Below, piece by piece: positions 39,078 to 55,549 of a DNA stretch of 64,000 bases. How positions within the stretch are numbered: position 1 is the stretch's first letter; every line of letters begins with the position of its first letter. The notes beneath the pieces were generated by a model. It searched no databases and was not told where the DNA came from. It saw nothing but the letters and a program-made list of their open reading frames with translations. The stretch comes from Octopus vulgaris. Taxonomy: Eukaryota. The stretch lies in the NCBI GenBank assembly GCA_951406725.2, contig OX597815.1, positions 59,458,001-59,522,000 of the forward strand, in the 5' to 3' direction. Made by a program: the position numbers and the translations under genes.

Positions 39078-40539
39078 ATATATATATATATAATACATAT
39101 AAATAACATTTTCATTCAAGATGCTTCATGTAGGCATTGAGTCTTTTTTTAAGTATATGTAAACACTTTAGCTGTATAACTAAGTGGAACAGCAGAATCA
39201 GAGTGTTGCAGTATTTGTACTGGCTCTTCATACATACCGAGTTTAAATCTCTCCAAAGTCAACTTTGCCTTTCTTCTTCCAGACTGGTAAAATAATGTAT
39301 AATCGACTATTCCAAAATCCCTAAAAATTTCAAGCCTTGAGCCTATATTAAAAGCAGTTTTTAATATGCATGTGTGTGTTGGTGTACAGTGAACAAAGTA
39401 TAACTAAGAAAGAGAGAATGTAGTACATTTATGATGATATTATTGTGAGTATATGTATACATGCATTTATGCAAGTACTTCTTCACATAATTTAAGTAGA
39501 CCACTAATAAAATGACATAATTGAATCAAGATAATTTCTGGCATATGTGAATACCTGTATGAGTTAGTAAGTACATATATGTAAACTCATGTATGAATAT
39601 GCTTGTACTCACATAGTGGGTACATATCCTTTTTAGTACAAAGGGTATGAGTTTCATTACTCTTTATGTATGTGCATATGAATACCATATGCACTTGTGA
39701 TTGTATGCCTATGGTCATTTCTGAAAACTCAGAGATTCTTGAAAGTGTTTTACAAATTTTTACTGTACCATAGAGTGATTGGATTTGGAAAATCTCAGTA
39801 TATTGAAGCTTTTATGGAAATCTGGTGTTACATAGGCCATCAGTATTCTTAAGATTTGTGAATGAGTTAGTATGTAAATATATGTAGACATGTGTCTTTT
39901 TTAGTATAAAGCATGCATGTTTGGTTACTCTTTATGTGTGTCTGCATGTTTTTATGTTAGTATACTAACATAAAAACAAATAAAAATCTATAATCTGAAT
40001 ACAAGAACTTTAAGCTCTTTATTAACTCACCATAAATGTTCACGTTTTTGCCACCTTCAGATGAGACATCTGCCGGTTAGTTGATCTCTGCAACAAAGAA
40101 CTGACTTTTGTTCTCTATGCCATAGAAGAATATTATATCTACTGCATTTGTACTCAGTTGCTACTTTTTATTGAAATGTTCCACCAACATCCCTAACTTC
40201 TGGAGATATGAATATGCTCACATACTTATATGCCTTTGGTATGACCATCCAAACAATTCTTTACATGGATACCATTGCAAACGGTTTTAGCAACAGTGAC
40301 ATATCTCTTAGGAATGCAATGTTTTATAGATATCTTGAGGTGGTTGATGAAGATATGGGTAATATCTTCCACAATCAACATTTTCTATCACAGTGTATTT
40401 ATAGCTATCTCCTTTTTCTATTATCTTCTAGGCATATATTTGTTACAGATCCAGTAAAGGTTGCTTTTCCAGTTGATAAATGACTGAATGAATAAACAAA
40501 CAAGGGTATATCAGCCAAAACGTTGTGTTCACAACAAAC

Positions 40540-42042
40540 AAGATGAGGACAAATATACGTCAAATGTAAATAATGTACATAATTCCTCATCTTTTAAATA
40601 TAGAATTGTAATATATATATATAGTGAGAATTTACAAAAGAACAGAAGATGAAGACAGGTGTGTAAACAACAAACAGATGTATTAGTTTAACACTCGGGA
40701 AGTGAGAAAGTCTTTTACGTTTTGAGCCTATGCTCTTCAATAGAAAAGATAACAAATAAACAGAGAGAGAAAAAAAAAGTTTAGTGGTTAGCAATTTATC
40801 ATGACGAATGCTGGGCAGAGGGGTCACACAGGAGAGCTAGGAAGAAGGGGAGATAATAAAGTAGTGTGATCCCAAAACGAAATTGTGTGTGTGTGTATGT
40901 GAGAGTGTGTATGTTTGTGTGTGTGGAAGGGGGCTGTTGACATTGATGTGTGCGTGTATGCATGTGCAGGTGTGTGGATGATGGTGTAGGTGCTGGGAAG
41001 TGGTCAGTGCTAGTGTGTGTGGTGTGGTGTGTGTGTGAGTGGGGGTGTGGGGGAAGCAATGGTGGGGTGGGATGGGATGGTGGGGTTGGAATGTGTAGGG
41101 GTGGGGTAACAAGGGAGGGGCTGATATTGAAGGGAGAAGGTGGGTAGGAGTGCAGAGGGGAAGTAGGTGCCAAAGCAAGAGGAGAGGCAAGTGGGAGGAA
41201 GTAGGTTTGAGAGGAAGAGAGGAGGAGGGTTAGATGAAGAGGGGAGGAGAGTTGAGCCCATGTAGCGCAAAGGAGTCAAGAGAGAAAATTAACCCTGCTC
41301 ATGGCAAAGATAGGAGTCCGGATGGCCCCTGTGCAAGGACAGTCTGAACACAGACAGGTGTTGTAAAGAGTGACTGGTAGAGAGGAAATGGCGTGAGACT
41401 GGGGTGTCATTTGCCAAGTCGGATGTCTTGGAGATGTTTCACAAACCGGTCAGCTAAGCGGCGTCCCATTTGACTGATGTATAAAGAAGGACAGAGAGAG
41501 CAGGAGATGCAGTAGATGTCATTACTAGAAGTGCGGGTGAAGGAGTCAGTGATATGATAGAGTCGATGAAGGGTGCCTGTGAGGAGGGTGGTGTTGGAGA
41601 GTTAAGGGCAAGTGTGGCAGCGTAGGCGGGAGCAGAGGAACGAGCCAAGCTGGGAGGTTGGGTTACAGCAGAAGCTGTGGACCAAGAGGTCTTGTAGGTT
41701 GTGGGCTCATTTGGTTAGGGAAGATGTGTGAAATGAAGGGGTCAGACTGGAGTCACCAGTAGGCTTGGAGAATGGTGCGTTGGAGAGGTAGGGTAGTGGG
41801 GTGGTAGGTGAGGGGAAATGGGTGACGTTGGGGCAGGTGCGGGGGGAGAGAGCAGATGCACAATCCATGGATCCTGCTCTGGCAAGTGTGGTGTGGATAG
41901 TGGTGAGGGGATATCGATGAAGGATGAAGTGACAAGCCATGAGTTGAGACTGAGTCTCAAAGTCATGGTTGTCACTGCAGAGCTTGTGTAGATGGAGGAA
42001 TTGGGAATAGGGGAGGGAGAGCTTGGTGTGTTTAAGGTGGGA
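40540..42042 (-). mobile_element. Penelope-like element (RT linker + GIY-YIG remnant + terminal repeat)
   Basis: Reverse strand [11 protein letters not shown]...[15 protein letters not shown]... then IYCISCSLCPSLYISQMGRRLADRF; same family as 9226-10785. Confidence 0.78.
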
Positions 42043-42044
42043 TG

Positions 42045-42110
42045 CATATATATATGTATATATATATGCATATATACATATGTATATGTATACATATGCA
42101 TATATACATA

Positions 42111-42155
<45 letters not shown>

Positions 42156-42168
42156 GTATATATATATG

Positions 42169-42232
<64 letters not shown>

Positions 42233-42344
42233 TATATGTATGTATGTATGTATGTATATATATGTATGTATGTATATATATATATAAGTATGTATGTATA
42301 TATATATGTATGTATATATATATATGTATGTATGTATATATATA

Positions 42345-42390
<46 letters not shown>
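42045..42390. repeat. (TA)n/(TATG)n microsatellite
   Basis: Direct observation. Confidence 0.95.
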
Positions 42391-42393
<3 letters not shown>

Positions 42394-45025
42394 TTATTAT
42401 TACAAATTAGGGATTTTACCAATAGAACTGCAACTCCTATTTCAGGATAACCTTATTGTAAGGAATACACATAGAAAGTTACATCCAATAAAATAATACC
42501 AGCAGTTAAATATCCTACTAAAAAATACAATAAAATTCATTGAAAAATATATAATTTACCTATTATTTGTTTATGGGGAAAGAAGGTATTTCTAATCAAT
42601 GCTACTCATGTTTCTGTGCTAGTGGGGTGTATATACATAAATTCACCTGTGCATCCTCAGGCTATTTATCTTGTTGTTATTATTATTAAAGTGTCAAAGT
42701 TAAAAATACATATTGAAAGTCATATTAAATAGAAAAACAAGGATAAGAATAAAAATATAATAAAAGTATATAAATTACAAATATATTTTTAAAAATTAAA
42801 CACCTAAATTACAATTCCAATATATATAGAAAATGCTAAACCTAAGGAAATCATCAACAACTAAATTATAAACATGTAGTGGTTAAGTGTGTATCAATGA
42901 ACATAGATGCAAATGGAATGTGTATGTAAACAAATACGTAAACCGATTCATGATTGAAAAGCATTTATTTACAGTGTTGGTTTAGTTATTGGTCACTACA
43001 TACAAAATGTAGGCAACTGCTACGAGTTGCTAGAATACAGAGTACATATTAGGAATGAATATGTTTGTGTATGTGCATGTTTCATTCGAAACAGTAGTCA
43101 ATCGTCACTCGAGCATTTCTCTCTGTCTCTGTTGTCTGGCAAAAACCTTGGGTCGTAGATAGATCTATCTCATCTGTCTGCTCCTGTCTCTGCTGCGATT
43201 GTCTGCTGCCTCTCCTGTTTCACTTGGTTTTATAATATTTGTGGCAACTAGAAAAACAGACATACTGCAGCAGAGTTAGTACCTACATAGGTCAACGCCT
43301 GTCCAGTTGAACTTCACCTGACATGGCTGAGGTCGCAGGTCAAAGGGAGATGATCAATCAATTTTTCACGCCTGTTGATCGTCGTGGTCTGAACAACTGA
43401 GAATTCTTGGATTCGGTTTCGAATCTAGGCTTAGAGAAGGAAGTGCTAATTCTTACAAACACATCAAATCCTACAACATATCTAAATAAACAATATGGAA
43501 ATTAATAATTTACTGTAAGCTTTACCCCTATCTGTACAAGTATAAATAACCATTCTTTATGTTAAACGTAAGTTAATAGTATTTAATAAGATTATTTAGT
43601 AAAACCCACTATGTACATTTTAAATTTACTTAATAAAACTAGTAAAAGTATTAAAAATGGAAAAATAATTATCGACATAATGTTTACTCCTTCTTGTTGA
43701 GCTGTAAATGACCACTCCCTCTGTCATGGAATAACATAAATAAAATAAAACTGAAAAATTCTCTAATACTAAAAATATTAGAAAGGTTGAATTCAATATA
43801 TATATTATATATGTATGTATATATTATAATAATAAAGGAATATCAATTCCGGCATCAGGGATGAGATATTCAAGTTAAGAATATTGAGTTGAATTATTCT
43901 CAATAAATAAATACATATATATCAAAGTATCATTAGAGACAGAAATCCCCATAAAATTCAATAAATCAGAATATAAATTCAACCATGTCATAGAATATTA
44001 TATTTAATACTTACTATTCATGTTCAAAGTTGTTGACTACACATGTTTCATGAGATTGTATACTATTTTCCTGAGACACGCAGTCTCTTACAGAACAACC
44101 CCTTATACACAACCCCAATCTTCAGGCCCACAAATCCCCCATTTATAACTTTATCTATCATTATATATTCCAACTTAAAGGTATATCAAACTAACCAGAT
44201 GTATAAATAAATTCCTAGTATGTCAAAACATTTAGATGTGTAAATAAATGCACTGAACCTTGCAGTTTAAACCATAATTAATTGAGAATTAAATGTGAAT
44301 TATGCCTAAAAAAATATATATAAATGAAAAATATATACGAATGAGAAAATATATACGTATGCGTAAAAAATATATACTAATGAGAAGAAAATATAACATT
44401 ATAAGAATAATAATTAAAAAGATATATACATCCAAAAGAAGAGGATGATTAAGAGATGAACGGAAACTAATACGAATGACAAAAATTCAGGTGAATGTTA
44501 CGCGTAAAATACGAATGAAAATATGAAAAGATATGAAAAGATATATGGAAAAAATATAAAGGGAAAAAGATTTAAAAATGAGAAAATGAAAAAATTATAT
44601 ATATAGGAATTAATTTATAAATTAATATACTAAACTTAATTTAAATTGTAAAATTTAAAATGTAAAAGAAAAATATTTTCCATCTACCCCTGGATATCAT
44701 GGCGCTAAAATGAGCTAGTTCCAAATTATACTGCAAGGTTCTATGAAAGTATTTATACTCATACATACCAACTGTTTCATTTAAACTATTATGTTATTAG
44801 CATATTACTGATATCAACGTAGTGGTAATGGCACCCCCACAAAAGAGTACTCTTGAAATAGAAATAGAAACTAATACTATGGAGAGCATCCAGCATATAG
44901 CTAACTCCATCCACCAGAGTATTATGGTCATGATAGACTACCCTATGAAACACTCTAACCATAGACTACCAGTACTAGATTCAGAACTTTGGCTGGAAAC
45001 TATGGGTAATAATACATACACATAC

Positions 45026-45086
<61 letters not shown>

Positions 45087-45324
45087 CACACACATACACA
45101 TACCCATGTACATACACATACGCATACATATACACGCACTCACATACATGCGTATATTCCTACTAACACCCATTCATTTCTATACATATATTCAATACAT
45201 ATATACAAGTGTACATATACAATATGTGAATAGTCTTAGGAGAAAAGTTAATCGGGGGTGCTGGGGGAACGGTGGGGTTGGGGGGGTTTTGTGGGTGGGG
45301 TGTCGTCAATCGGGTTGCCGGGTG

Positions 45325-45650
45325 GGTCTATAGTTCTTGTAGTTTGCATAAATTTTATGCATGCAATTTGGGGAGTGTTCTGAGATCTTGTTGAGGAGAT
45401 GGCCTTTGGCGAACAAGATCTCTAGGCTCTCGGAAATGCAAAGGTCACAGCAGGTATGGCCTCCTGTGTACGAACGCGCCTTCTGTAGTAGTCTCCACTT
45501 GATCTTGAAGGGGATAGAGTTCCTTTTAAGGTACTAGATGTGGGCAGCAAGGGTAGTTTGGTTGGATTTATCAGGTCGCCGGAACGAGTGTGTGTGGGCG
45601 TACCAGCGGGTCTTAAAGCTGTTTGACGTCATTCCGATGTACGATTTGTG
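45325..45650 (-). mobile_element. Penelope-like GIY-YIG C-terminal fragment
   Basis: [40 protein letters not shown]...IKWRLLQKARSYTGGHTCCDLCISE. Confidence 0.75.
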
Positions 45651-46084
45651 TGTGTATGTGTGTGCATGTATATGCATGTGTATATGTGTGTATGTATATA
45701 TATGTGCGAGTGTGTATACATATATGTAAATATATGTATGTATATGTGTATTTGTGTGTATGTACATGGGTATGTGTATATATGTGTATATATATGTATA
45801 TATATATATGTATATGAATGTATGTGTACATATATGTATGTATATATGGGTATGTATGTATATATATATATATATGTAGATGTACAAGTGAGAGTCTCCT
45901 TACTTACCTAAAACTCTATTTTTCTATTTATTCTTTTATTCTTTTATCTACTTTACCACCGATTCCTTTGACCACTCCCCTAATAATGACAGTTTTGAGC
46001 CATGCCTACCCCCAAAAAAGTCCCCCACCACCACCCATTTAAACCTGCCTAAATGCATCAATGCCAAAACGACTCTTGTCTACT

Positions 46085-46135
46085 AGCTTCCTGATGATTT
46101 CTTTTGAATGAAACAGTTCTAGTCCTGTAGAAGCT
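46085..46135 (+). ncRNA. Type I hammerhead ribozyme motif
   Basis: agcttc-CTGATGA-t.ttc.tttt.gaa.t-GAAA-cag-ttctagtc-ctg-TA-gaagct: intact core, 6-bp stem I, stem III, GUA cleavage triplet. Confidence 0.72.
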
Positions 46136-46161
46136 CCTTCTATATAATAAAATTTTAAAAA

Positions 46162-46771
<610 letters not shown>

Positions 46772-48660
46772 CAGTGTTCTTTTCATTTGCAAAAAAACAC
46801 AGAGTCACTGGTTCTACTGTTGGCCCTCTGATTGATGAAAATGGTATTCTTCAAGACAATGCCAAAACCATGGGAGAAATATTGCAGAAACAATATTGCT
46901 CTGTTTTCAGCAATCCTGATATGACTGATCTGGGCTGTATCAGTGATGTTACTCCCCAATACACTTTATCGGACATAACATTTGGCGCTCCTGATGTCTT
47001 AGCAGCAATAAAGGAAATGAAGCATAATTCAGCAGTAGGTCCCGATAGGTTCCCTGCTTGTGTCTTGAAGATGTGTCAAAACCAACTTGCACCCCCTCTA
47101 GCCAATCTGTGGCGGAACTCATTGGATGCTGGATATATACCAGAAGACCTTCTATCCCAGTCTGTTGTCCCAGTTTTCAAAAAAGGAAACAAATCGCTTG
47201 CCGTGAATTACCGTCCAATCTCACTCACCTCTCATATCATCAAGGTATTTGAGAGGGTGCTGAGATCGCGTATGACTCACTTCCTTGAGAGTCATAATAT
47301 GCTGAACCCCAACCAGCATGGATTCCGTAATGGGAGAGATTGCCTGACGCAACTACTGCATCATTTTGATGACATTTTGAGAGCCTTGGGAGAGGGTTCC
47401 AACACTGATGTCATCTACCTTGATTTCAGCAAGGCCTTTGACAGGGTTGATCATAAGATCCTTCTGAGAAAGCTGTCCAATATTGGTGTCACTGGAAAGC
47501 TGCTGCAATGGATCAAGTGCTTCCTCTCTAACAGAACCCAACATGTTGTAGTCGAAGGAGTCAAATCCAGCCCAGCCAAAGTCAGCAGTGGTGTCCCACA
47601 AGGCACTGTGTTGGGCCCACTTCTCTTCATCATCTACATAAATGATATTACTGACACCATCAAACACAGCAACATCAGAACCTTCGCTGATGATTCCAAG
47701 CTCCAGAAGGTCATCAATGGCGTGGATGACCGAATAAACCTTCAGTCAGACCTACTAGCTGTTGTCCAATGGGCGGAAAAGAATAACATGTTGCTAAATG
47801 AAGACAAATTCGAACTGATCCACTTTGGAAGGGAGGACGCTCTGAAACTCCCATACTCTCTTCCTTCTGGAGAAATTCTCATGGCATCCAACAACATCAG
47901 AGACCTGGGAGTAACAGTGGACAACAACATAAGCTGGGCTACACATATAAGCAGCAAAGTTGACATGGCCCGCAGAATGTGTTCCTGGATTCTCAGAACC
48001 TTCCAGTCGAGAGATTCCCACGCTATTATCCTTCTCTTCTCCACTTTTGCCCGACCCCACCTTGAATACTGCTGTCCACTGTGGTCTCCCTACACAAAAC
48101 AAAATATTATGAGAATTGAAGCTCCCCAAAGGTCAATCACAAAAAAGATAGATGGCATGTCAGACCTTGACTACTGGGGTAGACTAGAGAAGCTGAAATT
48201 GTATTCACTCCAACGACGCCGTGAACGCTACATTATCTGTATGATGTGGAAAATATTCCATCAGCACTGTCCGAATGATGTTGGCATCACCTTCAAAATG
48301 CATCCAAGGCTTGGACCACGTGCCATCCGTCCACAACAAAAATCTAAATCGCATCACATAACGACAATACGGCACAACTATTTCACCTCAATTGGACCCG
48401 CTCTCTTCAACATTACACCAGGACACGTCAAAAAAGAAACTGACCACACAAAATTCAAGAAGTCTTTGGACAAATTCCTTCAAACAGTACCGGACAAACC
48501 ATCCACACCCGGATATGTCTCCGCAAACAATAACTCTCTGCTCGAATGGGCCTTGGTGCCCAAATCCTGAACTGAAAGACTTCGCCAGGTGGTGCTATTA
48601 AGTTAGACATGGCCTGGGCCAATACTGGCCAAAAACCTTTCTAAGTTATTCTAAGTTACA
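46772..48660 (+). mobile_element. CR1-type LINE (family C), 5'-truncated, RT frame uninterrupted to stop at 48570
   Basis: [55 protein letters not shown]; tail (ttctaagtta)2; (TA)n on both sides. Confidence 0.93.
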
Positions 48661-49907
<1,247 letters not shown>

Positions 49908-49909
49908 TT

Positions 49910-50700
49910 ATATATAATATTGTCTAATATTGTTAATAATTATTATTAATTAGCTCTTAGGATTAAATTAAATAACGTTTAATATTGTTTAATATTGTTA
50001 ATAATTATTGTTAATTAGCTCTTAAGTTTAAATTAAATAACGTTTAATATTGTTTTAATATTGTTAATACTTCTTCAGATACTCTCTATCTCTCTAATTA
50101 GCCTTAAGATTAAATTAAATAACGTTTAATATTACCCACACTCTAATATAATATTAACATTGCTAATATATTTTCAGATACTCTATCTCCTGATTAGCCT
50201 TAAGATTAAATAACGTTTTTATCCACACTCTAATATAATATTAATATTGCTAATATATTTTCAGATACTCTATCTTCTAATTAGCCTTAAGATTAAATTA
50301 AATAACGTTTAATATTAATAACGCCTAATTAGCCTTAAGATTAAATTAAATAACGGTTAATATTGCTTAATATTGTATATATAATTTTTCAGATACTCTG
50401 TCTTCTAATTAGACTTAAGATTAAATTAAATAACGTTTAATATTACCCACACTCTAATATAATATTAATATTGCTAATATATTTTCAGATACTCTATATC
50501 CAAATTAGCCTTAAGATTAAATAACGTTTTTTTACCCACACTCTAATATAATATTAATATTGCTAATATATTTTCAGATACTCTATCTCCCTAATTAGCC
50601 TTAAGATTAAATAACGTTTTTACCCAAATAACGTTTTTACACAAACTTTAATATTGTTAATATTTTTTCAAGTACTCTATCTTCTAATTAGCCTTAATAT
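49910..50700 (+). repeat. AT-rich ~90-bp tandem array upstream of LINE A ORF1 (probable 5' UTR)
   Basis: cagatactct...taattagccttaagattaaataacgttt recurs at ~50076, 50175, 50262, 50390, 50486, 50575. Confidence 0.85.
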
Positions 50701-50758
50701 CTTCCTGTCTTCTCTCAAACATAATTAGATAGATAAACGGATAGACGGATTATCCAGC

Positions 50759-53011
50759 ATGTCCAGAGCATGGAGACGTGACGAGCTGGATTTATTCGTA
50801 CGAGCATGGGAGTGCGCCGGCGGAGATAGCTCCTGTAGCGAGGTGATTGCGGCTGCGCTGAAGAGCAGAGGCTACAAGAGGACAGCGGCTCAGATGGAGC
50901 GAAAGAGACAGGAATTCGTGCGCTCATATGCGCTTGTACGGTCGCACATTGGCGCACTTCATGCCATCTTTGAGAACGAGCGGGGCAAAGATGGCAAGAA
51001 TGGAGATGATGAAAGAAGTCACCCCCACCTGGTGGACGCCCAGGAGGAGGTTTTGAATGAGAAACCTGCCCGGGAAGTGAACCCAGGTGCAAGTTCTCCA
51101 ACCGGCAGCAAGGGCCATGGAGACGAGGAGAACCCGGTGAAGAGGTAGAGGAGGAAGAAGAACTAAAAGAAGGATTGGAAGAGCTAAAGGAAAAGAAAAA
51201 GCTCAAGCAGGACCAAAGAGTGAAACAACCAGGAGTAGAAGTGGAACCGCAAAGGATGGAACCAAACAGCGCACACGGGTGTGTATGTTCTACCTGAGAG
51301 GTTCCTGCTGGCACGGAAAGGAAGGTGCAAGCTGCCGCTTTGCAACACATCGGGGACCCTGCCACAGAGACACGAGGCAGATGGACAAACCATCAACACA
51401 AAAGAAAAGGGATGGACTACGCACCACCTGCCCCAAAGCGGAGGTACGCAGATGTTGTGCGCGCCACAAACAGCCAACATGATGTTGTCGAAAGAGCAGT
51501 TGCTGAGCAACAATCTTTTTTGTGCATGTCACAAAAGATTGTACAGCAGCTGACCTGGCTTCATCAAACCCAAGCCCGCAGGTGGGACTACCCACTATAT
51601 ACCAGACCACCACAGCAAACAGACACAGGATGGACACCGCCGGCAACAACGTACACCTCACCTCGATACTCCTACTGAACATAAGAGGACTGCAAACACT
51701 CAGTAACAGGACAAAGATCCCGTTCCTGAGAGACTTTGTTGCATGCAATCAAGCCTTATGCATAGCACTTACAGAAACGCACCTGAAACCGGACATAGCA
51801 GATGCGGAGTTACACATACCACAGTATGCTGTACTACGGACCGACAGGAAAGAAAGGAGTCATGGAGGTGTTGCTATGTACATCCGTGAGGACCTCACAC
51901 CCCAGGTCCTCTTGTCATACTCAAACTCGGTGTGTGACACACTAATTGTACATATTAGGCAACTTGATGTAGTTGTGTGTGCTACATATCGCCCTCCAGA
52001 TGCCCCAAGCCATGTGGGCAAGTTCGAAGACTGCCTTATAAAAATAGAAGAAATTCTAACCACATTAGAACAACACATAGGTGTGCTTCTTATGGGAGAC
52101 TTCAATCTGCCCAATGTCAGATGGCCCGAGGGCCTTTCTCTCCCAGGAATGACAAGATGTGAACGAGGACAGGCGAGGTCCCTCCTGAACCTCATCAACA
52201 CCCTGTACATGGAGCAGGTAATACTCCAACCAACCAGGGCAGGTAACACACTGGATCTCTGCTTCACAAATGACATGGATCTCATCCATAATGTGAAAGT
52301 GACACCGACACTACTCTCGGATCACAACATGATAGAGCTGACGATGTACGGGCCAAAAGAGAGCATGCGGACATGCAGCCTGGACAAGAAACCTCAAAAT
52401 CTTTCCAGCTTGAACTACCATAAGGCAAACTGGAAACAAATTGAGAGAAGAGATCCTCAAACAAAACTGGCCTGAACCTCATCAACACCCTGTACATGGA
52501 GCAGGTAATACTCCAACCAACCAGGGCAGGTAACACACTGGATCTCTGCTTCACAAATGACATGGATCTCATCCATAATGTGAAAGTGACACCGACACTA
52601 CTCTCGGATCACAACATGATAGAGCTGACCATGTACGGGCCAAAGAGAGCACGGACATGCAGCCTACAAGAAACCCTCAAAATCTTTCCAGCTTGAACTA
52701 CCATAAGGCAAACTGGAAACAAATTGAGAAAGAGATCCTCAAACAAAACTGGCCTGAATGTCTCTCCTCGCCAGACATCGACGTGAAACTTCAACAATTC
52801 ATGTCTGTAATGCAAGCCATATGCTACAAATGTGTCCCAGAGAGAAAGGCCACTGTACACAAGAACAAAATCCCCAGAGAGAGGAAAATTTTAATGAGAC
52901 GGCGTACGAAATTTTCAAATCGCCTAAACAAACAGATTGAAAGCAGTGAAAAGTCCCGCCTAAAAATAAAACTGTTGGAAATCGAAAAATGTCTGCAACT
53001 CTCCCATGAAA
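50759..53011 (+). mobile_element. CR1-type LINE family A, 5' half: ORF1 (Myb/SANT-like + CCCH, frameshifted, 50759-51678) and ORF2 APE endonuclease; cut by gap
   Basis: WRRDELDLFVRAW...IAAALKSRGYKRTAAQMERK; CMFYLRGSCWHGKEGASCRFA; LLNIRGL, LTETHL, YRPP, GDFNLP, LDLCFTN, SDH; ~285-bp internal duplication near 52190-52755. Confidence 0.9.
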
Positions 53012-53111
53012 NNNNNNNNNNNNNNNNNNNNNNNNNNNNNNNNNNNNNNNNNNNNNNNNNNNNNNNNNNNNNNNNNNNNNNNNNNNNNNNNNNNNNNNNN
53101 NNNNNNNNNNN
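53012..53111. other. Assembly gap (100 N)
   Basis: Run of n. Confidence 1.
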
Positions 53112-55476
<2,365 letters not shown>

Positions 55477-55549
55477 CTTTTTACTCTTTTACTTGTTTCA
55501 GCCATCCGGCTGAGGCCATGCTGGGGCACCGCCCTTGTTGCTACCCTCT

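Noticed and set aside
52190-52755. ~285-bp tandem duplication within the LINE A endonuclease
   Set aside because: Near-identical units with scattered indels next to a gap; probably an assembly artefact
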